This document shows positions 20,452 through 30,791 of a DNA stretch of 64,000 bases, one piece after another. Positions within the stretch are counted from its first letter, which is position 1; the number at the start of each line of letters is the position of its first letter. Below the pieces are notes generated by a model. The model ran no database searches, was not told where the DNA came from, and saw nothing but the letters and a program-made list of their open reading frames with translations. A program made the translations under genes and the position numbers. Source of the DNA: Nitrospinaceae bacterium (lineage in GTDB: Bacteria > Nitrospinota > Nitrospinia > Nitrospinales > Nitrospinaceae); NCBI GenBank assembly GCA_965237905.1, contig OZ250172.1:1-64000 (forward strand), written 5' to 3'.

Positions 20452-21245
20452 ACCGAAATACACGCATCGCGTTGCTCTTGGGGATGAGTGTTATTGCGAT
20501 TACGGCCGCATTCTTTATCCCGCCGATGGCTCAGGACCCGGAATACCATAATCTGGCGGACCGCCGGGTCATTGCGGGTGTTCCAAACTTTTTTGATGTT
20601 GCCTCAAATTTGGCCTTCCTGCTGGTAGGTGTGTTGGGATTATGGAAGCTTGTTCAAATACGCGAGGACCGCTCCCGCTTGGTTCTAAAACAGGAAATGA
20701 TTCCTTTCGTGGTAATTTTTGTCGGGGCTATTTTGATCTTTGCAGGATCGGCTTATTATCATTCGGCCCCGAATAACGAGACTCTGGTATGGGACCGATT
20801 ACCGATGACCCTCACGTTCATGGGTATCTTCTCGATGGTACTCGTGGAGAGAATCGGTGTTAAAACCGGCATCAATTTTTTGATTCCGTTGTTGGTAGTG
20901 GGCGCGGCCAGTGTGGCGTACTGGCAGGTCACCGAGCAATCCGGGCAAGGCGACCTGCGGCCCTATGCCCTGGTTCAGTTTTTACCTGTATTGCTTGTGC
21001 CGATGATTCTCTGGCTGTTTCCGGCGCGCTACAGCGGTACACGGTATCTTGTGGAAATGATCGGTTGGTACGGGGTCGCCAAGGTGTTGGAGTTTTTGGA
21101 TTCAACCGTTTGGGGATGGACCGGCGGATGGATCGCGGGGCATTCACTCAAGCATTGTGCTGCTGCCTGGGGTATTTACGCGCTGGTGCGTTATTTGAAA
21201 CATCGCCAGCGGATCCCAGCCGATTCCATAGATGCCGGTCATTAA
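20448..21245 (+). CDS. Ceramidase-like (CREST superfamily) membrane hydrolase
   Basis: QDPEYH, SNLAF, GSAYYH, WDRLPM, GDLRPY, GHSLKH; about 7 TM. Confidence 0.75.
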   Translation: MNRNTRIALLLGMSVIAITAAFFIPPMAQDPEYHNLADRRVIAGVPNFFDVASNLAFLLVGVLGLWKLVQIREDRSRLVLKQEMIPFVVIFVGAILIFAGSAYYHSAPNNETLVWDRLPMTLTFMGIFSMVLVERIGVKTGINFLIPLLVVGAASVAYWQVTEQSGQGDLRPYALVQFLPVLLVPMILWLFPARYSGTRYLVEMIGWYGVAKVLEFLDSTVWGWTGGWIAGHSLKHCAAAWGIYALVRYLKHRQRIPADSIDAGH

Positions 21246-24200
21246 TCACTGTGGTTTGCCACGATCTCCTGGGTCGTCACGTAATCGATTTTGCCGGTGC
21301 CGAGGAGAGGAACCTTGTCGACGTAAATGATCTTTTTGGGTAGGCCAAGTTCCGACAGGCCTTGGTCACGGACGTATTGAGTGATTTCCTGTTTTTGCGC
21401 TTCTTTATTTTCGGTTACCAGGATCAACTGCTCGCCTTTTTTCTCGTCCGGGATGGCCACGATGGCATGCGTGTGGTTCGGCCATAGTCTTGATAAAAAG
21501 TCCTCCGTAGCGGTGAGGGAGATCATTTCTCCTCCCACCTTGGCAAAACGCTTGGCCCGGCCTTTGATGGCGATGTAGCCTTCGTCATCGATATCCACAA
21601 TATCGCCCGTGTCATACCATCCGTCTTCTGGCGGTACCAGTACGCCCGGGTCCGTGGATAATAGATAACCCAGCATGATATTGGGGCCGGAAACGATCAG
21701 GCGGCCGCCTTCTTTAATTCCCGGTACCTCATTGAGCTTATATTGAATGCCCGGCACGAGGCGTCCCACCGTTCCCGGTTTGTTCTGCATGGCTGTGTTC
21801 ACTGCCAGGATGGGTGAAGTTTCGGTGGCTCCGTAGCCTTCGAAGATGCGGACGCCGAATTTTTCCGACCACAGTTTGCGGGTTTCCTCTTTCAGTTTCT
21901 CGGCTCCGGCGAAAACATAGCGCAGGCTGTAAAAATCGTAGGGATGTCCGTAATGCGCATAGCCGGAGAGGAATGTGTCTGTTCCGAACATGATGGTCGC
22001 GTTCGCGTCGTAGGAAAGTTCCGGAATAACCCGGTAATGCAGTGGTGAGGGATAGAAAAAAACCTTGGCTCCCGACAGAATGGGGAGCAGGGTGCCGCCG
22101 GTCAATCCAAACGAATGAAACACCGGCAGGGCATTGAATACGACATCATTCGGCCCAAAATCGATGCGCGCGCCGGTCTGGTAGCGGTTGGCCAAAATAT
22201 TGGCGTGGCTCAGGACCACTCCTTTGGGTGTGCCTTCTGATCCGGAAGTGAACAACACAAAAGCCGGTGAATCCGGGTTTTTATTCGGGCACACCTTCGA
22301 ATAATAGGCTTGAGGAGAGAATCCGGCTATGAAGCCGAGGGCCTTGTCCAGCAAGCTGATTTTTTTTGCAAAATCCTCCAGGTAGATTAACCGGACCCCA
22401 GCCTTTTCGATGGCTTGAGCCGTTTCCTCCAAGTTGGCAGTTTCCACAAATTTGCGGGAGGTGAATACCGTTTTGATACAGGCGGTTTCGCAGGCAGACA
22501 GGATGTTTCGCTTTCCGACGGAAAAATTCAGCATGGCGGGAACTCTTCCGTAGGCATGGAGAGCGAAAAACGTAACAAGGGTGCTGACCATGTTGGGCAA
22601 CAGAATTCCAACATACTCCTCGGGTTGTGTGATATTCGAAATGGGTTTTCCTAAAATAAAACATTTGGTGATGAGGCGATCATAAGTAAGAGGGTCTCGT
22701 TGTATGTCCTCGGCGATGACACGGCTTGCCCCGTGGGTGGCTTTGGCGTCCAACAGAGATTGAAACAGGGGTTGACGGTAATTGCTTGCCTGAAACATCA
22801 TCAGGGTCATGATGTCGGCTAACTGGGAACCGGCCATGCTTCTGCGGGCACGACCTTTAATGTTTTCGGGAATGTTGAACTTTTTGGGTTCCAGAACAGT
22901 CAGGATAATTTTGGGGAACCATCGGGTCCGGATGTTGCCTTTCAATCGGGAGAATGGGGTGTACTGTGCGCCGTCGATGCGGACCGGAAGAATGTGGGCG
23001 CCGGATTTGTCGGCGATCATCCCCGACCCTTCGTAGACTTTCATGAGCGCGCCGGTGACGGTAATCCGTCCCTCGGGAAAAATAACGACATGATTTTTAT
23101 CTTTGATGGATTCAATGAGTGACTTGGCGGCCATGGGGTTGGTCGGGTCCATGGGAAAAGTTTCTATCAATTTCAAGAACGGCTTGACCAGCCAGTGTTG
23201 TGCGACATTGGTGTTGATCGCAAACGTTAATTTGGAAGGAAAGTAAGTGGCGAGCAGTGCCGCGTCCAGGTAAGACAGATGGTTGGCGACAATGATGACG
23301 TTTTCATTTTGAATCGCCTTAAAATTCCCCATCCCTCTCACTTCCACCTTGTAACAAGCATTGAAAATCCAGTAGAGGATGGATTTGAGGAGAGCCGCAG
23401 GCAACAGCTGGCAGGCATAGATCGCCACCGCGCCATTCAGAACAGCGATGGTCAAAAACACTTGATTGACGTCGAAGCCCGCGGTCAGCATGATCACCGT
23501 GCCGACGGCGGAGATCACCATGAAAAGAGCGTTCAAAATATTATTGCTGGCGATGATCCGGGAACGGTAGGTGGGTTCACTCCTGGCCTGAATGATGGCA
23601 TACAAAGGAACGATGTAAATGCCGCTGGAAACGCTGATCATGAACATGTCGCCCAGAATGCGCCAGCTCGAGATATGAGAAAGAAATGCTCCGGCACCAA
23701 TCAGTTCTCCGCCCCCGCTGGTGAACATATATTGACTGGCAAAATAAAGATCCACCGTGAACACGGTGACTCCGATGATTCCCAGAGGAACAAACGTGGC
23801 TTCCACTTCTCCTTTCAGCATTTGATTGCACAACAGGGAACCGATTCCCACACCGATGGTGAATACCGATAGAAACAAGGTGACCAGTTGTTCGTCGCCG
23901 CCGATAATATCTTTGGAGTAAGTCGGGAATTGCGCCAGAAAAGTGGCCCCGACGAGCCAGAACCAGGAAATGCCGAGAATAGAAAGAAAAATTTCCCGGT
24001 TCTTCTTGGCATGTGAAACGATTACCCAGGTTTCCCTTAGAAAGTTGTAATCCATCTTGAGTTTGGGCGAGGCGGGTTGTCCTTCCGGGATGTAAAAACT
24101 GCTCACCCATCCCAGAATGGCGACGAGGATGACCATGCCGGATATCAGCAGAATTCCATTTTCAGTGAGGATCAACAAACCGCCGACGAGGGTTCCAATC

Positions 24201-24676
24201 AGGATGGAGATGAAGGTTCCCGCTTCAATCAGGCCGTTGCCTCCGATCAATTCGTCTTCCTCAATTTTTTCGGGAAGAATGCCGTATTTGATGGGGCCGA
24301 AGAAAGTGGACTGGGTGCCCATGAGAAAGAGAACTATCATCAGAAACCAGACGCTCTCCATGTAAAACCCTATCGTGGCGCCGATCATCAGAAGGATTTC
24401 AACGAGCTTGATGATGCGGATAAGAAATGCTTTCTCATATTTATCGGCCAGTTGTCCTGCAGTGGCAGAAAATAGAAAGAAAGGCAGGATGAAAATTCCC
24501 GCCGCGGCAGTGACCATGATCTGCGAGCTGAACCCCGCTTTTTCGGCAACGACATAGGTGATCAAAATCACCAGCGCATTTTTATATACGTTATCGTTGA
24601 AAGCGCCGAGAAATTGAGTAATAAATAAAGGCAGAAAGCGGCGGGTTTTGAGCAGATCAAACTGGTTGTGTTCCAT
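21242..24676 (-). CDS. aas: Acyl-ACP--phospholipid O-acyltransferase / acyl-ACP synthetase with fused LplT-like MFS domain
   Basis: TQFLGAFNDN (LplT-like); NHLSYLD and FPEGR (PlsC); FTSGSEGTPKGV, EGYGATE and YDTGD (adenylation). Confidence 0.93.
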   Translation of the reverse strand: MEHNQFDLLKTRRFLPLFITQFLGAFNDNVYKNALVILITYVVAEKAGFSSQIMVTAAAGIFILPFFLFSATAGQLADKYEKAFLIRIIKLVEILLMIGATIGFYMESVWFLMIVLFLMGTQSTFFGPIKYGILPEKIEEDELIGGNGLIEAGTFISILIGTLVGGLLILTENGILLISGMVILVAILGWVSSFYIPEGQPASPKLKMDYNFLRETWVIVSHAKKNREIFLSILGISWFWLVGATFLAQFPTYSKDIIGGDEQLVTLFLSVFTIGVGIGSLLCNQMLKGEVEATFVPLGIIGVTVFTVDLYFASQYMFTSGGGELIGAGAFLSHISSWRILGDMFMISVSSGIYIVPLYAIIQARSEPTYRSRIIASNNILNALFMVISAVGTVIMLTAGFDVNQVFLTIAVLNGAVAIYACQLLPAALLKSILYWIFNACYKVEVRGMGNFKAIQNENVIIVANHLSYLDAALLATYFPSKLTFAINTNVAQHWLVKPFLKLIETFPMDPTNPMAAKSLIESIKDKNHVVIFPEGRITVTGALMKVYEGSGMIADKSGAHILPVRIDGAQYTPFSRLKGNIRTRWFPKIILTVLEPKKFNIPENIKGRARRSMAGSQLADIMTLMMFQASNYRQPLFQSLLDAKATHGASRVIAEDIQRDPLTYDRLITKCFILGKPISNITQPEEYVGILLPNMVSTLVTFFALHAYGRVPAMLNFSVGKRNILSACETACIKTVFTSRKFVETANLEETAQAIEKAGVRLIYLEDFAKKISLLDKALGFIAGFSPQAYYSKVCPNKNPDSPAFVLFTSGSEGTPKGVVLSHANILANRYQTGARIDFGPNDVVFNALPVFHSFGLTGGTLLPILSGAKVFFYPSPLHYRVIPELSYDANATIMFGTDTFLSGYAHYGHPYDFYSLRYVFAGAEKLKEETRKLWSEKFGVRIFEGYGATETSPILAVNTAMQNKPGTVGRLVPGIQYKLNEVPGIKEGGRLIVSGPNIMLGYLLSTDPGVLVPPEDGWYDTGDIVDIDDEGYIAIKGRAKRFAKVGGEMISLTATEDFLSRLWPNHTHAIVAIPDEKKGEQLILVTENKEAQKQEITQYVRDQGLSELGLPKKIIYVDKVPLLGTGKIDYVTTQEIVANHSD

Positions 24677-24956
24677 GCAGGGCTCTGGGAATGAATGTGA
24701 GATTGGGTTGGGATTCGGGATCGATTGAAAAAATTAATGCCCCAAGCTGGATGACTATTTTAGCATTAAACAGATTCAATATTGTAAGAGGTTTTTAGAT
24801 CGCTGAAATGAATTTTGCAATGGCTCGGTTTCACAGATTGACTTATAGAGTTCTCCACGATTATAGTTTTAATGAACAGGTGAGTTCCCGCCCACAGCCC
24901 TCAGCGGTTTCTCTGATGTCCTCCATTGCACCCTTTGAGATTCAGGAGTCAGTCGG

Positions 24957-25853
24957 TTGTCTTTAACCAGTATCGGCCTCATTCTTTTGTCTTCCCTGTT
25001 TCACGCCTTGTGGAATGTGTTGACTCAGACCAGCCGGGATTCCAGTCTGCTTTCCGGTCTGAAGGGAATATGGATCATAGTCCTGGGACTGATTGCCTAT
25101 GGCCTGATGGGCAACGAATTTTTCCCGCCGGGAATTGGCATTTGGATTCTATTGTCAGGGGTTTTGCACGGATTGTACATTTTAAGTCTGTCCAGAGCTT
25201 ATAGCGATCAGGATATTTCCTATGTATATCCGATTGCGCGCTCGGCTCCGGTGTTTGTTCCCTTTTTTTCATGGCTATTATTGGGAGAGCAATTGGGGTG
25301 GGTTTCTTTCCTCGCCATTGCGATGATTTTGCTGGCGGTTTACACCCTGCATTTTGAAGGGCATCTGATCCGGGGTTTTAAAAATCTGTGGGACGCTATT
25401 TTACACAAGGATTTGCGTTGGGCTTTCATTACCCTGGCCCTGGTCGTGTCCTACAGTCTCGTCGATAAGCAAGGTATGGATCTGTTCGCTTTTCACCGGC
25501 CCGACGAAAAATTTGCCAATGGGCTCACGTTTTTCTTTACCGAAGCCATGATCGGGTTTTCCATATGTAATCTTTATTTACTCTGGAAATACCCCCGGCA
25601 GGAAATTGTGCGTGTCTGGCGGGCGGAATGGTTGCGAGGATTGATCGCCGGGCTGGCCACCATTGGGTCGTATGGCCTGATCTGCGTGGTCCTGCAATCC
25701 GAACCGGTGGGGCAGGTAGTGGCGGTACGTCAAACCAGCGTCCTTATGGTCGTGGTCTGGGGATGCTGGAAACTGAGCGAACCTTTCGGAAAACAGAGGA
25801 TTCTGGCCGCCTGCCTGACGATATTGGGAGTCGGGTTGATCGCGTGGGATTGA
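24957..25853 (+). CDS. EamA/DMT family transporter
   Basis: HALWN, YVYPIARSAP, LLGE and AVRQTSV; about 10 TM; TTG start. Confidence 0.85.
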   Translation: MSLTSIGLILLSSLFHALWNVLTQTSRDSSLLSGLKGIWIIVLGLIAYGLMGNEFFPPGIGIWILLSGVLHGLYILSLSRAYSDQDISYVYPIARSAPVFVPFFSWLLLGEQLGWVSFLAIAMILLAVYTLHFEGHLIRGFKNLWDAILHKDLRWAFITLALVVSYSLVDKQGMDLFAFHRPDEKFANGLTFFFTEAMIGFSICNLYLLWKYPRQEIVRVWRAEWLRGLIAGLATIGSYGLICVVLQSEPVGQVVAVRQTSVLMVVVWGCWKLSEPFGKQRILAACLTILGVGLIAWD

Positions 25854-25982
25854 CTTCCCTTTAATTAAAAAGATTTAATGTCTTTATTGTGGAGTGGACT
25901 ACTATAATGGATGCGAGGTTTCGTTAAAATAGTGACTTCACCCTATCCAAGATTTTTTGTTTCCTGATTAAAGAGGTGCTTT

Positions 25983-28775
25983 GTGAAATTCCTTTCGATT
26001 CGATTGTTCATAAAAATTTTCGTTGCAGTTTGGTTGGTCATTTCATGGGCTTCCGCCGATGCCGCCCAGCGCGATACCCGGACCCTGGTTCTGGATAATG
26101 GATTGCAGGTTCTGCTCGTGCATGATCCTGACGTGGACCGGAGTGCGGCCGCTTTGTCGGTGGGGGTCGGGCAGTTATATGATCCGTGGGAAAAGCAGGG
26201 ATTGGCTCATTACCTGGAGCACATGCTTTTTCTGGGGACAAAAAAGTATCCCAAAGTCAGTTCATTTAAGGAATACCTGAACGCCAATTCAGGAAGAAGC
26301 AACGCTTATACGGGTGCGGATATCACGAATTATTTCCTTCAGGTCAGCCATGATGGCTTTGGTGGAGCTCTCGATCGCTTCAGCGGTTTTTTTCGGGAAC
26401 CGTTGTTTGCTAAGAAATATGCCGCGCGTGAAGTCAACGCCGTTAACAGTGAGTTCGATAAAAACCGCCTGCAGGACGGCTGGCGGAGCAATCATTTAAT
26501 ACATCAGATCAGCGAGAAGGGACATCCCTTAAGAAAATTCGGTATCGGAAACAAGGAAACGTTGGCCGGTGATAATCGTGCCGTTCTCCTGGCGTTCCAT
26601 AAAAAGTATTACGCGGCCTCCAACATGAGACTGGCAGTGCTTTCCAAACTTTCCCTGACGGAACAGGACCAACTGGTCCGAAAATATTTTGCCAATATAC
26701 CGGATCATCCGGTGAAAAAACCGTTTATAGATCCCAATTATCGTAAACCGCTTAAGGGGAAATACCGTTTTATTAAAATTAAGAGCATCAAGGATAACCG
26801 GGCATTGGGACTCGAGTTCCCCACCATACGTCTCCAGGATCACCTGGACAGCAAGCCGGCCTCCGTGGTGGCTTCTGTGCTTGGCTATGAAGGGAAGGGT
26901 TCCCTGTTATCCAAGTTGAAAGAGGAAGGCCTGGCGTTGGGTTTGGCTGCCGGAGGCGGGGACAGCCATGTCAATGTTTCTTCCTTTGATATTAATATCA
27001 GCCTGACTGAAAAAGGGGAAGCCGAGTATCAACGGGTTATGGAACTTGTGTTCGCTTATATCGAGATGCTCCGAAAAACGGATTTCAAAAAGTATACGTT
27101 TAAAGAAATTCAGGCTATGGCGCAGATCGATTTTGATTGGAAAAACCCGGACGAAGGTATGGGGTATGTGGCCGGGCGTGCGGCTCAAATGCAGAGATAT
27201 AAGCTGAAAGATATAGAAATCCTCCCTTTCTTGTTCAAGAAGTACGAGCCGGAGGCCTACCGGGCTGTTTTGGAGACTCTGAAACCGGAAAATATGCTGG
27301 TCAGCTTAATGAGCCAGAAGGTGAAAACCGACAAGACTGAAAAATATTTCGGTACCGAGTACGCCTTCAAAGAAGTGGGAGGGAAATCCTTTCAACGGCT
27401 GGTGCATCCACCCCGAGTCGACGGGATGACCTATCCGGGGAAAAATGATTTCATTCCCTACGATTTAGCGTTGATCGACGACAAACCCACACCCGTGCGG
27501 GATGATGAAAAGGCTAAAGTCTGGTTTAAGTTTGATGATCGCTTCAAACAGCCCAAGGTTTTTATCCAGTTATTGATTGAGACGCCTCTCGTGTATGACA
27601 CGGTGGATCATTTGGCTCAATCCAAATTATATGAGGCGGCTCTAAAAGAAGGCTTGAATGAAATCACTTATCCCATTTCATTGGCGGGTTTGTCTTATGA
27701 CTTGAGCATTGAAAAACGAGGCTTGACCTTATCGATGGGCGGTTATTCTGAACGGACGACAGATTTGCTCCGGCTGGTTGCCAAGAATCTGAAGCAGATT
27801 CGTATTGATGAAGAAAAATTCCTGAACCTCAAGGAATCCATCATTCGGGATATGGAGAACCGTAAGCTGGGGCAATCCTATTCAAGAGCGGCTTATTACA
27901 ACCGGCAGATTTGGATCGTCAAGCAATACACTGAAGACCAGGCGATTGTCGCACTCAAGAAAGTGACTCTAAATGACATCAAGGATTATGCTACGAAGCT
28001 TTATCAGAAAGTTTTTATCCGCGGTGTGATCCATGGAAATTGGAGTGCCGAGCAGGCCCGAAAGAGCCTCGATATGGTTCTGGGAGAACTCAAAAGCCAG
28101 CCATTACCGGAAAAGGAGAGGTACAAAGAAGTAGTTGAGGTGCTTGATCCGGGTGAAAAGACACGGTTTTCCCGGCAAATCGCCGACAACAATAACTCCA
28201 TCTATTATACGCTGCAGGTGGGGGGACGCAATTTTGAGGAGCAGGCCCGGAGCTCTATGGTGGCCGCTATTATCGAAAGCGATTTTTATACCCAGATGCG
28301 CACCAATCAGCAGTTGGGATATGTCGTCTGGAGTTTTCAAAATCAGGTTGAGGAACGTCTCTTCCTCAAGATGATTATTCAGTCCGCCGGGTACGGTCCC
28401 TTTGAATTGCAGAAGCGCATCGAAAGCTGGATGAAGAAATCGGATAAATTGTTTAATACTCTTTCTGATGAAGAATTTGAAAAGCATCGAAGGAGTATGA
28501 TTGTTGCTCTGGAAAAAAAAGGCGACAGCATTGCCGAAATGACGGGGGATTTGTATTACTTCGCGATCGATGAAAAAGGCGATTTTGATTTTAAAAAGAA
28601 ACTGGTGAAAGCGGTTAAAAACCTGACCAAAGAAGAGGTGGTCAAGGCAGGTCTGAGAATTTTGCAGGATCCCAAGGTGGCGCGGTCCGTTATTCTCTTG
28701 CGTTCCCGAAGCAATAAGGACAAGGTCCCGGAAGGCGTATTGAGCGAGGTGCGGCACCTGGAAAATAATAGATAA
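25983..28775 (+). CDS. Insulinase/pitrilysin family (M16A) metallopeptidase with signal peptide
   Basis: GLAHYLEHMLFLG inverted zinc motif; NAYT, REVNAVNSE, MRTNQQLGY. Confidence 0.92.
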   Translation: MKFLSIRLFIKIFVAVWLVISWASADAAQRDTRTLVLDNGLQVLLVHDPDVDRSAAALSVGVGQLYDPWEKQGLAHYLEHMLFLGTKKYPKVSSFKEYLNANSGRSNAYTGADITNYFLQVSHDGFGGALDRFSGFFREPLFAKKYAAREVNAVNSEFDKNRLQDGWRSNHLIHQISEKGHPLRKFGIGNKETLAGDNRAVLLAFHKKYYAASNMRLAVLSKLSLTEQDQLVRKYFANIPDHPVKKPFIDPNYRKPLKGKYRFIKIKSIKDNRALGLEFPTIRLQDHLDSKPASVVASVLGYEGKGSLLSKLKEEGLALGLAAGGGDSHVNVSSFDINISLTEKGEAEYQRVMELVFAYIEMLRKTDFKKYTFKEIQAMAQIDFDWKNPDEGMGYVAGRAAQMQRYKLKDIEILPFLFKKYEPEAYRAVLETLKPENMLVSLMSQKVKTDKTEKYFGTEYAFKEVGGKSFQRLVHPPRVDGMTYPGKNDFIPYDLALIDDKPTPVRDDEKAKVWFKFDDRFKQPKVFIQLLIETPLVYDTVDHLAQSKLYEAALKEGLNEITYPISLAGLSYDLSIEKRGLTLSMGGYSERTTDLLRLVAKNLKQIRIDEEKFLNLKESIIRDMENRKLGQSYSRAAYYNRQIWIVKQYTEDQAIVALKKVTLNDIKDYATKLYQKVFIRGVIHGNWSAEQARKSLDMVLGELKSQPLPEKERYKEVVEVLDPGEKTRFSRQIADNNNSIYYTLQVGGRNFEEQARSSMVAAIIESDFYTQMRTNQQLGYVVWSFQNQVEERLFLKMIIQSAGYGPFELQKRIESWMKKSDKLFNTLSDEEFEKHRRSMIVALEKKGDSIAEMTGDLYYFAIDEKGDFDFKKKLVKAVKNLTKEEVVKAGLRILQDPKVARSVILLRSRSNKDKVPEGVLSEVRHLENNR

Positions 28776-28834
28776 GTAGCTATTTAAGTCATATATTTAT
28801 ATTCTATTAACTAGAAATTAGATTAGCTTTATAG

Positions 28835-28869
28835 AGCCCTCTTTCCAGTAGGAATGAGGGCTTTTTTTT
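28835..28869 (+). terminator. Intrinsic terminator
   Basis: AGCCCTC...GAGGGCT followed by a T-run. Confidence 0.75.
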
Positions 28870-28880
28870 ATGGGAGTCAA

Positions 28881-30278
28881 TCAGCTGTATTGGATTTCGT
28901 TTTCGAGGTTGGGAGCAACGGGGTGAGGGGTTCCGGATTCCCGGACAGCCTGGGTGGTATTCTGGGCGTTCAATTTGTTGAACAGAAAATGGAATTTCTC
29001 CTCGAGTTCTTTGCCGATTTTGGTTTTGATCTCATCCGGAAGATTCCAGAACTGAGATCGAAACGGTCCGAATCCTTTTTTACGGGTCTTGTAGATGAAC
29101 TGCTCGTCCGTCATACCGGGTTTTTTATCGGCGGCGAACGCCTGGTGCAGGTGGGCATAGATCTCTTTTTTAAAGTCCGCGGGAAAATGGGGGCTGTCAT
29201 AAATCATATTCTGAAAATCGGTGGCCAGATGAATTTCCGCCGTTTCCAGTTCCGGAAATTTGTGAAACAACTCGGAGGGCAGGGTGGAAGCTCCATGCTG
29301 AACCGCTCCGGCCAGATGATAATGCTCGCGTGAAATGCGGGATAGGTTTTCCAGAGTTTCAAAATCCAGTTGCACTTCCGCTACGGTGCCGTCTGGCAGG
29401 GGTACGCCGCCATGACTGGTCCCCGTCTGGATGGAAATTTTACTGATGCCTTTGTAATTGGGATTTTTCTGGGCTAGATGTTCGTTGAAATTATCCATAT
29501 AGGCCCGGAGTTCCGCTTCATTGCTGTTCTCCTTGCCAACTTCCCCGATTTCTCCTCCTACCGAAACGGTCACACCTTCCGGTTCCTTTTCGCGGACAAA
29601 TGAGGTCAACTCCACCCCCACCTCATAATTCAACCGTTGTTGTTCTTTGACGTCATCAAAGTCGAGGGAAACCAGAGTCGAGGTATCGATGTCGATGTTA
29701 TAGAATCCGGCGTTGATGGCTTCATTGATGAGCGCCTTGAGTCCGTTGACCTCTTTATTCCGGTCTTCATGATATTTTTCGGCGTTGATCTGGAAATGAT
29801 CGCCTTGAACGAACACCGGGCCGCGATATTGTTCTTCGATGGCGGCTCCCAGAATGACGGCCATCAATTCGTGAGGCCTTTGGAAGGTATACCCGATTTC
29901 CGATTTGGCGATTTCGAATATGAACGCTCCGCAATCGGTGGCCTTGGCGGTCTTGAAAATGGCGCGGCTCATCTCATAGGGCAATCCGCGAATATTCAGG
30001 GCGGGAACCGTGTACCCTTTGTTCTTCCCTCGGCCACGCGCCTCATAAAGGTTTTGAATCGATGCCGGAATGATCCCCAATTCATGCGCCACGGATTTGA
30101 TGATGTGGCGGCAATTCCCCCGTATTTCTCCATTTGGATTTAAGACGGAGTTTTTTACCAGTGTGTCCAGTGGGGTGCCACGCAATTTATCTATATTTTC
30201 CAAATGAACGGAACCATTGGATAGGCTCACCCTGTCTTTGAGGTGATGAGTCAGTTCCTGTTTTCCAGAAAATATCAT
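28881..30278 (-). CDS. Class II fructose-bisphosphate aldolase family protein with N-terminal extension
   Basis: VPALNIR, GDHFQ, IDID.S, GGEIGEVG, GTSHG, VQHGAS. Confidence 0.85.
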   Translation of the reverse strand: MIFSGKQELTHHLKDRVSLSNGSVHLENIDKLRGTPLDTLVKNSVLNPNGEIRGNCRHIIKSVAHELGIIPASIQNLYEARGRGKNKGYTVPALNIRGLPYEMSRAIFKTAKATDCGAFIFEIAKSEIGYTFQRPHELMAVILGAAIEEQYRGPVFVQGDHFQINAEKYHEDRNKEVNGLKALINEAINAGFYNIDIDTSTLVSLDFDDVKEQQRLNYEVGVELTSFVREKEPEGVTVSVGGEIGEVGKENSNEAELRAYMDNFNEHLAQKNPNYKGISKISIQTGTSHGGVPLPDGTVAEVQLDFETLENLSRISREHYHLAGAVQHGASTLPSELFHKFPELETAEIHLATDFQNMIYDSPHFPADFKKEIYAHLHQAFAADKKPGMTDEQFIYKTRKKGFGPFRSQFWNLPDEIKTKIGKELEEKFHFLFNKLNAQNTTQAVRESGTPHPVAPNLENEIQYS

Positions 30279-30639
30279 CGAGGTTCTCCTTTATGGGCCG
30301 AAATGCTTAGAATTCAATAGGATCAAGCCGCATTGGGGCCGCAAACACCGGCAAATAATCAGGCTTTAAAGTTGATCGTGGGTTAGCTTGACACGAAGTT
30401 ATTGTCGAATAGTACGAATTATGTTTGATTCCGTGTATAATGCGCCTTCGTATTTTGAGGGAATTATAACTCAATCCGGGTCGAATGAGGATGTAAAAAT
30501 TCACCCGAGGCGACCCCGGTTTGAGTTTATTGAATTCAATTGTTTGCCAAGTGGGTAATCCCTCTTCGGATCATCTCTGAGCGGCATTTTTTCAAGGGTT
30601 TTGCCAGCCGGTAGGAGGAGGACTGAGGAGGCTTTTATA

Positions 30640-30667
30640 TTGACACCCCCCATATTTTTGCTAGAAT
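30640..30667 (+). promoter_or_regulatory. sigma70 promoter of the usp gene
   Basis: TTGACA-16-TAGAAT with extended TGn. Confidence 0.65.
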
Positions 30668-30791
30668 TCGCAAGCAATTGACACTGTTGGTTTTTCCGGG
30701 CGTTAGGCCCCTTCCAGCAGGACCGATTTATGGATTTTTCATCTGATAACCAATTCAAATTGAGTTTATAGCTTAGGGAGAGACGAACCCC

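Noticed and set aside
30307..30758. Small ORFs 30307-30504 and 30501-30758
   Set aside because: No motifs or RBS; the region is better explained by promoters and RNA structure.
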